Assembly: GCF_023055435.1 (NCBI RefSeq)
Contig: NW_025963779.1
Location: 83,886,001 to 83,950,000 of the forward strand
Direction: 5' to 3'
Source: Haliotis rufescens
Taxonomy: Eukaryota
DNA length: 64,000 bases
Shown here: positions 25,198-38,139 of the stretch, one piece after another
Layout of the letters: the number at the start of each line of letters is the position of its first letter
How positions within the stretch are numbered: the stretch's first letter is position 1
Translations under genes and position numbers: made by a program
Notes under the pieces: model-generated
Seen by the model: only the letters and a program-made list of their open reading frames with translations
What the model was told of the DNA's origin: nothing
Database searches by the model: none

Positions 25198-28100
25198 TGG
25201 GAGGGTAACAGGGGAGTGAGATGTTTGTGTGTGAGGGAAACGTGAGTGAGATGTTTGTGTGTGAGGGTAACAGGGGAGTGAGATGTTTGTGTGTGAGAGT
25301 ACCAGGGGAGTGAGATGTTTGTGTGTGAGAGTACCAGGGGAGTGAGATGTTTGTGTGTGAGCGTAACAGGGGAGTGAGATGTTTGTGTGTGAGGGTAACA
25401 GGGGAGTGAGATGTTTGTGTGTGAGAGTACCAGGGGAGTGAGATGTTTGTGTGTGAGGGTAACAGGGGAGTGAGATGTTTGTGTGTGAGGGAAACAGGGG
25501 AGTGAGATGTTTGTGTGTGAGGGTAACAGGGGAGTGAGATGTTTGTGTGTGAGAGTACCAGGGGAGTGAGATGTTTGTGTGTGAGGGAAACAGGGGAGTG
25601 GGGTGTTTGTGTGTGAGGGTAACAGGGGAGTGAGATGTTTGTGTGTGAGGGAAACAGGGGAGTGGGGTGTTTGTGTGTGAGGGTAACAGGGGATTGAGAT
25701 GTTTGTGTGAGAGGGTAACAGGGGAGTGGGGTGTTTGTGTGTCTGAGAGTACCAGGGGAGTGAGATGTTTGAGTGTGAGGGTAACAGGGGAGTGAGATAT
25801 TTGTGTGTGAGGGAAACGCGAGTGAGATGTTTGTGTGTGAGGGTAACAGGGGAGTGAGATGTTTGTGTGTGAGGGAAACAGGGGAGTGGGGTGTTTGTGT
25901 GTGAGGGTAACAGGGGAGTGAGATATTTGTGTGTGAGGGTAACAGGGGAGTGAGATATTTGTGTGTGAGGGTAACAGGGGAGTGGGGTGTTTGTGTGTGA
26001 GGGTAACAGGGGAGTGAGATATTTGTGTGTGAGGGTAACAGGGGAGTGAGATGTTTGTGTGTGAGAGTACCAGGGTAGAGTGAGATGTTTGTGTGTGAGG
26101 GTAACAGGGGAGTGAGATGTTTGTGTGTGAGAGTACCAGGGGAGTGAGATGTTTGTGTGTGAGGGTAACAGGGGAGTGAGATGTTTGTGTGTCAGGGAAA
26201 CGTGAGTGAGATGTTTGTGTGTGAGGGTAACAGGGGAGTGAGATGTTTGTGTGTGAGGGAAACAGGGGAGTGGGGTGTTTGTGTGTGAGGGTAACAGGGG
26301 ATTGAGATGTTTGTGTGAGAGGGTAACAGGGGAGTGGGGTGTTTGTGTGTCTGAGAGTACCAGGGGAGTGAGATGTTTGAGTGTGAGGGTAATAGGGGAG
26401 TGAGATATTTGTGTGTGAGGGTAACAGGGGAGTGAGATATTTGTGTGTGAGGGTAACAGGGGATTGAGATGTTTGTGTGAGAGGGTAACAGGGGAGTGGG
26501 GTGTTTGTGTGTCTGAGAGTACCAGGGGAGTGAGATATTTGTGTGTGAGGGTAACAGGGGAGTGAGATATTTGTGTGTGAGGGAAACAGGGGAGTGAGAT
26601 ATTTGTGTGTGAGGGTAACAGGGGAGTGGGGTGTTTGTGTGTGAGGGTAACAGGGGAGTGAGATATTTGTGTGTGAGGGTAACAGGGGAGTGAGATGTTT
26701 GTGTGTGAGAGTACCAGGGTAGAGTGAGATGTTTGTGTGTGAGGGTAACAGGGGAGTGAGATGTTTGTGTGTGAGAGTACCAGGGGAGTGAGATGTTTGT
26801 GTGTGAGGGTAACAGGGGAGTGAGATGTTTGTGTGTCAGGGAAACGTGAGTGAGATGTTTGTGTGTGAGGGTAACAGGGGAGTGAGATGTTTGTGTGTCA
26901 GGGAAACAGGGGAGTGGGGTGTTTGTGTGTGAGGGTAACAGGGGATTGAGATGTTTGTGTGAGAGGGTAACAGGGGAGTGGGGTGTTTGTGTGTCTGAGA
27001 GTACCAGGGGAGTGAGATGTTTGAGTGTGAGGGTAATAGGGGAGTGAGATATTTGTGTGTGAGGGTAACAGAGGAGTGAGATATTTGTGTGTGAGGGTAA
27101 CAGGGGATTGAGATGTTTGTGTGAGAGGGTAACAGGGGAGTGGGGTGTTTGTGTGTCTGAGAGTACCAGGGGAGTGAGATATTTGTGTGTGAGGGTAACA
27201 GGGGAGTGAGATATTTGTGTGTGAGGGTAACAGGGGAGTGAGATATTTGTGTGTGAGGGTAACAGGGGAGTGGGGTGTTTGTGTGTGAGGGTAACAGGGG
27301 AGTGAGATATTTGTGTTTGAGGGTAACAGGGGAGTGAGATGTTTGTGTGTGATAGTACCAGGGTAGAGTGAGATGTTTGTGTGTGAGGGTAACAGGGGAG
27401 TGAGATGTTTGTGTGTGAGGGTAACAGGGGAGTGAGATGTTTGTGTGTGAGAGTACCAGGGGAGTGAGATGTTTGTGTGTGAGAGTACCAGGGGAGTGAG
27501 ATGTTTGTGTGTGAGGGTAACAGGGGAGTGAGATGTTTGTGTGTGAGGGAAACAGGGGAGTGAGATGTTTGTGTGTGAGGGTAACAGGGGAGTGAGATGT
27601 TTGTGTGTGAGAGTACCAGGGGAGTGAGATGTTTGTGTGTGAGGGTAACAGGGGAGTGAGATGTTTGTGTGTGAGAGTACCAGGGGAGTGAGATGTTTGT
27701 GTGTGAGGGAAACAGGGGAGCGGGGTGTTTGTGTGTGAGGGTAACAGGGGAGTGAGATGTTTGTGTGTGAGGGAAACAGGGGAGTGGGGTGTTTGTGTGT
27801 GAGGGTAACAGGGGAGTGAGATGTTTGTGTGAGAGGGTAACAGGGGAGTGAGATGTTTGTGTGTGAGAGTACCAGGGGAGTGAGATGTTTGTGTGTGAGG
27901 GTAACAGGGGAGTGAGATGTTTGTGTGTGAGGGTAACAGGGGAGTGAGATGTTTGTGTGTGAGAGTACCAGGGGAGTGAGATGTTTGTGTGTGAGAGTAC
28001 CAGGGGAGTGAGATGTTTGTGTGTGAGGGTAACAGGGGAGTGAGATGTTTGTGTGTGAGGGAAACAGGGGAGTGAGATGTTTGTGTGTGAGGGTAACAGG

Positions 28101-28998
28101 GGAGTGAGATGTTTGTGTGTGAGAGTACCAGGGGAGTGAGATGTTTGTGTGTGAGGGTAACAGGGGAGTGAGATGTTTGTGTGTGAGGGAAACAGGGGAG
28201 TGAGATGTTTGTGTGTGAGGGTAACAGGGGAGTGAGATGTTTGTGTGTGAGATTACCAGGGGAGTGAGATGTTTGTGTGTGAGGGTAACAGGGGAGTGAG
28301 ATGTTTGTGTGTGAGGGAAACAGGGGAGTGGGGTGTTTGTGTGTGAGGGAAACAGGGGAGTGGGGTGTTTGTGTGTGAGGGAAACGGGGGAGTGGGGTGT
28401 TTGTGTGTGAGGGAAACAGGGGGGTGGGGTGTTTGTGTGTGAGGGTAACAGGGGAGTGGGGTGTTTGTGTGTGAGGGAAACAGGGGAGTGGGGTGTTTGT
28501 GTGTCAGGGAAACAGGGGAGTAGGGTGTTTGTGTGTGAGGGAAACAGGGGAGAGGGGTTTTTGTGTGTGAGGGTAACAGGGGATTGAGATGTTTGTGTGA
28601 GAGGGTAACAGGGGAGTGGGGTGTTTGTGTGTCTGAGAGTACCAGGGGAGTGAGATGTTTGTGTGTGAGGGAAACGGGAGTGAGATGTTTGTGTCAGAGG
28701 GTAACAGGGGAGTGAGGTGTTTGTGTGAGGGAAACATGGGAGTGGGGTGTTTGTGTGTGAGGGAAACAGGGGTGTGGGGTGTTTGTGTGTGAGGGAAACG
28801 GGGGAATGGGGTGTTTCTGTGTGAGGGTAACAGGGGAACGGGGTGTTTGTGTGTGAGGGAAACGGGGGAGTGGGGTGTTTGTGTGAGGGAAACATGGGAG
28901 TGGGGTTTTTGTGTGTGAGGGAAACAGGGGAGTGGGGTGTTTGTGTGTGAGGGAAACAGGGGAGTGGGGTGTTTGTGTGTGAGGGAAACGGGGGTGTG
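25198..28998. repeat. 32-bp G/T-rich minisatellite (gtgagatgtttgtgtgtgagggtaacagggga) with a 644-bp higher-order repeat
   Basis: Period 32; variant markers recur every 644 bp. Confidence 0.97.
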
Positions 28999-29007
28999 GT
29001 TTTCCTA

Positions 29008-29765
29008 AAACCACCCTCACCCCTCCCAACCTCCACCCAACACCACCCTCATCCCTCTCAACCTCCACCCAACACCACCCTCACCCCTCCAAACCTCCAC
29101 TCAACCTCCACCCGAGTCTACCCACCCAATAAACCACCCTCACCCCTCCCAATCTCAACTCAAAACCAACCTTATCTCTCCCAACCTCCACCCAACACCA
29201 CCCTCATCCTTCCAAACCTCCACTCAGCCTCACCCTCACCCTTCCCAACCTCCACCCAACCTCACCCTCATCCCTCCCAACTCCACCCAACACTACCCTC
29301 ACCCCTCCCAACCTCCATCCAACACCACCCTCACCCCACTCAACCTCCACCCAACACTACCCTCACCCATCCCAACCTCCGCTTAACCGCACCCTTCCCA
29401 ACATCCTACCAACACCACGTCACCCCATTCCAACCTCCACTGAACCTCCACCCGACTCAACCCACCCTAAAACCACCCTCATCCCTCACAACCTCCACTC
29501 AACCTCACCCTCACCCTTCCCAACCTCCACCCAACCTCACCCTCATCCCTCCCAACTCCACCCAACACCACCCTCATCCCTCCCAACCTAAACTCAACCT
29601 CACCCTCATACTTCCCAACCTCCACCAAACCTCACCCTCACCCCTCCCAACCTCCACCCAATACAACCCTTACCCCTCCCAACCTCCACACAACACCATC
29701 CTCACCCCTCCCAGCCTCCACCCAACGCCACCCTCACCCCTCCCAACCTCCACTCAACCTCTACC
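29008..29765. repeat. Diverged ~32-bp C/A-rich minisatellite (ccaacctccacccaacaccaccctcacccctc)
   Basis: Direct reading; strand skew opposite to the preceding array. Confidence 0.92.
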
Positions 29766-30319
29766 CGACACCCGCATCGAACCATTAATCCACGTATCTG
29801 GTGTTCTCCTTCTCTATCAGCCTACAACCGGTGGAACGCCCAATGTCATCTCGTTTGCTTTCACGTCTACCAGCATTGACAAAGCCAGCGATCTACTTGA
29901 TGGGTTATACGAGGAGGGGCATTTACGAGTGTCAGCACAAATTATCACTCTGACTGCAATCATATCTGAATCCTGTACCTTCACCCGCCTGATTTATGAT
30001 TTTAAAAACGCAGTGTGTTTGGTTTTCTATTATCCACGTTAATCCCGTCGTTCCGTCACAAACATTGTAAACTTTGGCAATAAAAGTTGTCTTCAAAGTA
30101 ACTGTCTCGTCAGTGTCGGCTTTCGACTCGTTCTCGGTATCATTACGTCGTAGAAAGACAATTGTCGGAAGGGCCCGTTTTGAAAATGTGGCATAGTTTT
30201 TCATCTAAATCATCCCTATTCCCTCAGTTGTGACGACGCATTGTATTGTAGATTGGAGCCTTCACCTAGCCAGTGTTGGTTGTAGTTTATGGCAGATTTT
30301 AAAGTGCACGTAAGAACGA

Positions 30320-32230
30320 AAGTGTGGTTTAATAAAATTACCTGTTGGAGGGGCTCCCAGGAAGGAAATAGGTCAGGAAAGAATGAAAGTGTCGTTTAAT
30401 AACATTCCCTGTTGGAGGGGCTTCCCAGGAAGGAACTAGGGAATGTAAAAAAGAAAGTGTCGTTTAATAACATTACCTGTTGGAGGGACTCCCCAGAAGA
30501 AACGAGGGCATGTAAAAAAGAAAGTGTCGTTTAATAACATTACCTGTTGGAGGAACTCCCCAGGAAGAAACGTGGGAATGAAGCAAAAAAGCGCTTTTTA
30601 ATAACATTATCTGTTGGAGAGGCTCCCCAGGAAGAAACGAGGGAATGTAAGAAATAAAAGATCCTTTTAATAACATTCCCTGTTGGAGGGGCTCCCCAGG
30701 AAGGAACGAGGGAATGTAAAAAAGAAAGTGTCGTTTAATAACATTACCTGTTGGAGGGACTCCCCAGTAAGAAACGTGGGAATGTAGCAAAAAAAGCGCT
30801 TTTTAATAACATTCCCTGTTGGAGGGGCTCCCAGGAAGGAACAAGGGAATGTAAGAAATAAAAGATCCTTTTAATAACATTCCCTGTTGGGGGTAGACCC
30901 CAGGAAGGAACGAGGGAATGTAAGAAGGAAAGTGTCGTTTAATAACATTTCCTGTTGGAGGGACTCCCCAGTAAGAAACGTGGGAATGTAGCAAAAAAAG
31001 CGCTTTTTAATAACATTCCCTGTTGGAGGGGCTCCCAGGAAGGAACAAGGGAATGTAAGAAATAAAGTGCCGTTAATAACATTCCCTGTTGGAGGGACTC
31101 CCCAGAAGAAACGAGGGAATGTAAAAAGAAAGTGTCGTTTAATAACATTACCTGTTGGAGGGACCCCCCAGAAGAAACGAGGGAATGTAAAACAGAAAGT
31201 GTCGTTTAATAACATTCCCTGTTGGAGGGGCTCCAAGCAAGGAACGAGGGAATGTAAAACAGAAAGTGTCGTTTAATAACATTACCTGTTGGAGGGGCTC
31301 CAAGCAAGGAACGAGGGAATGTAAAACAGAAAGTGTCGTTTAATAACATTACCTGTTGGAGGGGCTCCAAGCAAGGAACGGGGGAATGTAAAACAGAAAA
31401 GTGTCGTTTAATAACATTACCTGTTGGAGGGACTCCCCAGAAGAAACGAGGGAATGTAAAACAGAAAGTGTCGTTTAATAACATTACCTGTTGGAGGGGC
31501 TCCAAGCAAGGAACGAGGGAATGTAAAACAGAAAGTGTCGTTTAATAACATTACCTGTTGGAGGGGCTCCAAGCAAGGAACGAGGGAATGTAAAACAGAA
31601 AGTGTCGTTTAATAACATTCCCTGTTGGAGGGGCTCCAAGCAAGGAACGAGGGAATGTAAAACAGAAAGTGTCGTTTAATAACATTACCTGTTGGAGGGG
31701 CTCCAAGCAAGGAACGAGGGAATGTAAAACAGAAAGTGCCGTTTAATAACATTACCTGTTGGAGGGGCTCCAAGCAAGGAACGAGGGAATGTAAAACAGA
31801 AAGTGTCGTTTAATGACATTACCTGTTGGAGGGGCTCCAAGCAAGAAACGAGGGAATGTAAAACAGAAAGTGTCGTTTAATAACATTACCTGTTGGAGGG
31901 GCTCCAAGCAAGGAACGAGGGAATGTAAAACAGAAAGTGTCGTTTAATAACATTACCTGTTGGAGGGACTCCCCAGAAGAAGCGAGGGAATGTAAAACAG
32001 AAAGTGTCGTTTAATAACATTCCCTGTTGGAGGGGCTCCAAGCAAGGAACGAGGGAATGTAAAACAGAAAGTGTCGTTTAATAACATTACCTGTTGGAGG
32101 GACCCCCCAAGCAAGGAACGAGGGAAAGTAAGAAATAAATAAATCATCATTTGATAACATTCCCTGTTGGAGGGGCTGAACAAGTGCATGTAAGAAAGAA
32201 ATCGTCGTTTTATAACATTACCTGTTAGAG
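30320..32230. repeat. 67-bp minisatellite (aataacattacctgttggaggggctccaagcaaggaacgagggaatgtaaaacagaaagtgtcgttt)
   Basis: Period 67-68; trimeric superstructure on the left and degenerate edge units. Confidence 0.97.
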
Positions 32231-32481
32231 TGACATAAACAAACGCCAACATTACAACATTTCATACATGTCATTTACCGCAACGCCAAACATTAAGATG
32301 GGACACCTGTACCCTATTACACTATCGGTAGCAATAAGCTGTAGCGTATATACTCACGTGACTGAATACTCCCAATCGATCACCAATATAATCTGCCAAC
32401 GCCTAATGGCATGCGTGTCATGTTACTTCAGTAATTATTGTCATTTATCATAAACTTTTAAAAAAGTGAGTGCGCTCAAAT

Positions 32482-32622
32482 TAGCCTAGTGGTAAACGCG
32501 TTCGCCCCTGACGGCGAAGATATATGGGTTCGATTCTCCACATAGGTTTGATGTGCGAAACCCGTTCTTGGTATTTCCGTTGTAGCATTGATGGAATATT
32601 GCTTAAAGCAGCGTAAAAACCT
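32482..32622 (+). mobile_element. SINE family B, degraded
   Basis: tagcctagtggtaaa A box, ggttcgattc B box, ggaatattgcttaaagcagcgtaaaa tail. Confidence 0.8.
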
Positions 32623-35600
32623 ACAAAAATTCAATTTATGCGTTAATTTTTCCCCATCATAACCAAACATCGCACATCTGCATAAAAAACAATACTCCCA
32701 ACCCAGACACAACAATCGAAGTAGTGTGATCGACGCCAACTGGAATCTCGTTGACGCCACTATTGTCACGTGACATGGCTGAAGGGTTTCCAGATTACCT
32801 AAAAAACTCGAGTGATCGGCCAGGAAAACGAGTTAGCATTCTCCGTGTCAAAGTGGAGGCCGGGGCAATTCGTCATGGCGTTGCCATATTGGCACACTTC
32901 TCAACTTTTTGGCCACGGATCTCAGAGAATTCGTGTCGAGCTTTACTAAGAAATCAGATGTGTTTATATACGGGAGAAAGATACAGGACTTGTGTTCAAG
33001 TTGCTATTATAGCGATTGTTTGTTGAACGCGTTGCTGTCGTTTGGTTGGTTCTAATACATATGTCATATCCTATCAGCCATCTGAAGGGCAGCGTTCCTT
33101 CACGAACCTTTGGCTATCTCAATCTGACAACTGTTTCTTTTTCAATGTACTCTTAAAGTCGTCCAAAATGCGTAAAAGAATCGGTTTAGCCGTTAGTACA
33201 GGGAGACTAATATATGGGATAGCAAACAAGTTTGGTGAAATCTTTAAGACCCAACTTTTTGACATACTCTGTTCGCGCAGTGGCAATGTAAACAAACAAC
33301 GCGACATGCTATAGGTTCACCAGATATTTCCTTGTTCGTAAAAATTGTTCATGAATACCACAGTATGAATGGGAATCTCACGTTGGACCAGCTCACAAAT
33401 ATCAGAGAACCAAATTTCTTCATGAACCTCTGACGGGTGTTCTTGTAGAAAGCCTTGTCAGGGGTTTACTGACAAGGACGACGAGGATATCGTTTGCTGA
33501 AACTTTGGGAAGAGTCATCAGGTTATCTGTTCGGTGAGCAAATGTACCTACCGCTGGACCGCCCGTACCCTCCTACCTGGTCTGTGTGAGTGAGTGAATA
33601 GTGTTTTACGTCGTATTTGTTGTTTTGTGCCAAGACAAACCAGAATATATATATTTAAAGTTTTAAATATATATAATGTGACAAGGATCAAGCGGTGCGA
33701 AGACGAACAGCCGTCCTCCCTCCCTCTGTGAGTCTTGTATTCAAAGGTTTTCAATGCAGATCAGGGCCTAGCCTTGCTCCAAGTCTGTACTGAAAGAAAA
33801 GTCCATAGATGTGTAGTAATTATATCCTCCTAATAGGCAAGTCTAGATATGTGGACAGTAAGGACTCCAGTCTCTTATATGGACAACTTGTTCTCATTAT
33901 TTACATAATCTAGAAATTATTATTTAAACTAATAATTATTGCTTGAGAGACTTTTGCAAGTCTATGCATGACATAGGTAGTTAAAGGTGACTTGAAGAAC
34001 ATCAAGTACATAGGTGTATATGTGTATGTGTGAGTGACATGACGCATTGTAGTCACCTAGTATTGGGACGCGTGCCACAAAACCCTGGACCCCTACAAGC
34101 TCCATGAAGATCTGATGCTCGAGTTCAGTAAGGATAATTCGTGACAGAAATATAAACAGAGGAACATCTATGGTGGCTCTTAGAAACGTTTATATTCCAA
34201 AACAACCATTCTTTTAAAACGCCCTTTAAATTCCCCACAACAAAGGGGAACAACTTGACCTACTTTAAAACAACTAAAAAAATCCCGAAATGTGAGCATG
34301 TACGAGACAGGCGTTGTGTTTTCAGTTAGAGTGTATCAGCATAGGCTTTGCCTAAACACGGAATGGGGAGGCCAGTAGCATGATAAATCTCCGGCCTCTG
34401 GAACAGTGCTAATCACTATCACATCCTCGCAAAATACGTTGATGCCACGAACAAAAACTTCCATGATATTTTCAGACTGGCAGTGATGTGTATTTCGTCT
34501 GATGGTACTCTGGTTTTTGGTGTGCTATATGGCGCTAATGAACTGCTAGCTAAATGTACCGTGCAGTATGCGGGGAGGATATTATTTCTACAGAAACCAT
34601 CACAGTAGGCGGTGGCATCAAACGCGGAAATCTGAACTCCAGGAAACCCCAGAGTGACTTTTCAGTGCCCCGAGGACGGTAGAGACATCAGCGGGGCCGT
34701 CGTTGTGTCGTTGCTGACGTATCCGCGGGAATAACGATTTTCCTTCCACGTCTTACAATATCACGCAGATATGGGCGTAGAGTGCAAGACAAAAGTGATA
34801 GAATTTGACTGGTTTAAACGTCTAATAATTTAAATGAATCTGCTTAACATCAAATAAAATACTATTATTTTATTTTTATAGTTATTTTTTGCCTGCACTT
34901 TAAATGATGTGGTTTGAGACCTGACTGTAATTGTATCAATCTAAACGACGACAATATTTAAGTTCAAGACGCCTCGATATTAATTTGTTTATTAATCGTA
35001 AAGCACATTAAGTACCTAACAACGCCCTTATGTGCCACAGAACAAGGCCAGGACTTCCGCATTTCCATATGACTATGGTTAATCTGCGATGGCCATGATT
35101 AACTGTAGGCATATGAAACAAACGGGAGTTCTTCGACTTCTTTTGGACGTGGCACATTAACTATAGTCAATTAGTCATATGAAAAAGTTCGGATGTTCCT
35201 CAACTTCTTTTGAGTAGTATACCTTCACCAATCCATGCCAACGCATTTCATACCTATCGTGACCAATAACATTTACTGAAGTGGCTTTCGTGAAACCGAC
35301 CCAGGGTCTCGCGAGATTCTATACGGAACATAAATTGCCATCTCCACACGGCTAACTGTGTGCCACATCAAAGACTGGAGCCCTCAAACCAAATGCTTAG
35401 CGCCAACAACGTCGTTTCTTTCATTCAGATCTGACATTACATAACTTTGGGTGTAAAATGGGTCGTGACATTCCCAAGCTGTACTGACGGGGTGTAGAGT
35501 AGAGCGGGGAATGCGATGTAAACAGCGAGAGGTCTCGCCACCGTGATAAACCAACCCCTGCTGCATCGCCCTTCGACGGGGGAAGCCAGCTTGTCAAGGC

Positions 35601-36168
35601 CCCATCTCCGCATCACAGATGTTCTACCCATGCAGCGCCATCGCTGCCTCTGCTATCTTTATGAGTTGAAAATACACGTTTCCCTTGATGAGATAAGACG
35701 GCTCAAATTTGCCAATTTGTCAGGAACGGAGCTGATCTGCGAGCGTTCTTGAGTGTGAGGTGGCGTGGAAGTGGACGCGCGGGTGGCCCTTTTCACTGAG
35801 GTGCAACCAGCCTCCTCCAGATACGTGTTCCGGGTTCGAGCCTAGTGGTAACAGTCACGTGCCATCTAAACCTTTTTGGATAGTGTTGAGTTTGTAGTTT
35901 CGTAGCGTATCAGTACCCAGAGTATCAACTTATCACGTCAATACAACCCGATGACTGACACTGGAAATGAAGCCTTTATTGTGGGCTGCCGCTCATTTCT
36001 AATCGCAGTGATCTCCTGAAATTTAGATTGAGCCCGATAATTAAGCCATAAGTTTTATTTAGTCGAATTAGCATATCGATGATTTGAATCTCTTGTGTAT
36101 TTAACACCGATTACTTACACAGCGTAAAAAGTGGTTTTCTTACGTCATCCCATTCTGGTTGTTTGTGT

Positions 36169-36341
36169 TACTACTACGTTTATAACGAACACGCTTATAA
36201 CGAACGGACGGATATAACGAACTGTGTTTAGTCTCGCGCTTTTGCTGTATTTATATTTTATTTAAGCTTATAACGAATTACGTCTATTACGAACTAAAAT
36301 TAGTGGTCCCTTTGCGTTCGTTATAACCGTAGTTTACTGTA
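36169..36341. mobile_element. MITE, probably Tc1/mariner-pogo type
   Basis: Left actacgtttataacgaac versus right gttcgttataaccgtagtttactg followed by TA; internal repeated tataacgaa motifs. Confidence 0.7.
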
Positions 36342-36402
36342 TTAATAATACCTGGTGTGTTGTTCGACTAACCGACCCCTGTTACTAAATAATAATAATC
36401 GT

Positions 36403-36509
36403 GGCCCCGTTGCACAAAGCGATCTTAGCGCTACGACTATCGTAAGCTTATGTTAAAGCATGCGAATTACGATCGCCTTAGCTTAAGATCGTTTTGTGCA
36501 CGGATCCCA
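36403..36509. mobile_element. Palindromic MITE; related copy at 55665-55777
   Basis: Imperfect TIRs gcacaaagcgatcttag / ttaagatcgttttgtgc. Confidence 0.7.
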
Positions 36510-36610
36510 TGTCTTTTGCCGAGCCGTTTCTCCAGAAAGCGAAATTCGAAAACCATTACTTCGAGAGAGCAATGAAGCGTAACCAACATTTTGAGAAAGT
36601 ATGATCGAGG

Positions 36611-36758
36611 GAGTTGGGTTTGACTCTCCTTTTACCTTTTGGTAGCAATATCATGACGAGGTACTCGAGAAATTAGTTTCACGCATTGAACTCACGTATG
36701 GAATCAATACCGGGTCTTCGTTGTGATAAGCAAACGCTTTAACCACTGGGCTATCCCA
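36611..36758 (-). mobile_element. SINE family B, degraded
   Basis: aaacgctttaaccactgggcta head; ccgggtcttcg. Confidence 0.7.
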
Positions 36759-37147
36759 CAAGTCCTGCAACACTTTAGATGGTCAATTCTAGGCTAAAAG
36801 TATGTTGCAGAAGGTGGGTAGTTCTCATCTGTCCAGGGCGATTATTCGACGATCATCACCCCTAAACCGTCAACTTGTCATCAGTGTGTGTAGGTTGAAG
36901 GCACTGCTATGCTAGAGATGTCTCGTAGCATGCTGGAGGCACAGGATCTAATGCACCAATGACACCACAATTTGATGTTCATAGTTGCGTCCCTTTGCCG
37001 AGCCAGGATACAGTAGGTTTCGCAACAGTGGCACGACCTGCGTTACTTTGGGTTGTGCTTAAGTTTGGGACTGACACTTTAATATAACTAAACTAAACCC
37101 AACTCACTCACATGTAGCATGTCCGTTTAGCGGACAAATTCATTAAG

Positions 37148-37289
37148 TGAGTGAGTGAGGGGTTTAACGCCGCTTTTAACAGTATTCCAGTTATATCGCG
37201 GCGTGTCAGCTTAATGTGGGAGGAAAGCCCGAAGTGATGCAGGTCGCAGACGTTTACTACTTCAGTGAAACCCACGAGCACGGGTATGG
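37148..37289 (-). mobile_element. SINE family A, 5'-truncated at insertion
   Basis: Tail half only, flanked by 9-bp TSD ttcattaag at 37139-37147 and 37290-37298. Confidence 0.9.
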
Positions 37290-38139
37290 TTCATTAAGAG
37301 TACAATTGTGCGATGGAGGGAGGTACGAATACAAACAAGCGTTGTTCTGTTTAAGGAAAATACATTTTTCAAGGCTGGCATTTTAAACGAAAACCCCAGC
37401 GTGAAATAGGTCGTACTCGATCAACATTGACTTGCGATATTTCAAAATTATTTTTTTTATGTAATGCGTGTATGGATGCTTCATAAAATACAGAGAAAAA
37501 CTGGTGATATAATGACAGTCACAATTAGTCATGGTAGGAATTGATAATATCTGCCCTTTCAAAATGTCATTCGCGTCCCATTTGCACTGAACACTTTGTC
37601 ATTTGAGGTCCAGTATTCAAAAATATCAACAATATACGTTAATATTAATAAATGCCATTTATAAGGTACTCAGAGGAATTTGGTTTGGGAAAAACACCTC
37701 GAGTATAATACATAAAGAATATTCATGTATCAAAACAAAATGAAATTAAAATAAAATTAACAGTGATAGGATGACAATAAAATCGAACGTGAAGCAATCC
37801 CTCTTCTTCTTGTAAGATACATGTATGTAAGGGCCGTCGTGTTGAAAGCAAGGCAAGAGACGAAAATAGGGACGTTTCATCTGCCGTGAGTTGATATGAC
37901 CAACTCGCATTAATTCTGTGACAACAAAGGCACCAGACAGTGTCCCCTGGTGATGTCGACAGAAACCTATATAAGATTAGCCTCAGAGGAGGGTAGATAA
38001 TTTTCAGATTTAAAGACCGACCACTGGAGCTGAGTGTTGTGGGTGAGTTGGGTTCAACGCCGCTTTTAACAGTATCAGAGGTTTGACAGTCTGACTGTGG
38101 TGGCTGATGCCCACTGGTTGTGTGAAGATGGGGATAGGT

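Noticed and set aside
26898-30042. 712-aa and 357-aa ORFs (H/T/P-rich)
   Set aside because: They are translations of 32-bp minisatellites whose C/A-rich strand lacks stops; the period is not a multiple of three and no domain is present.
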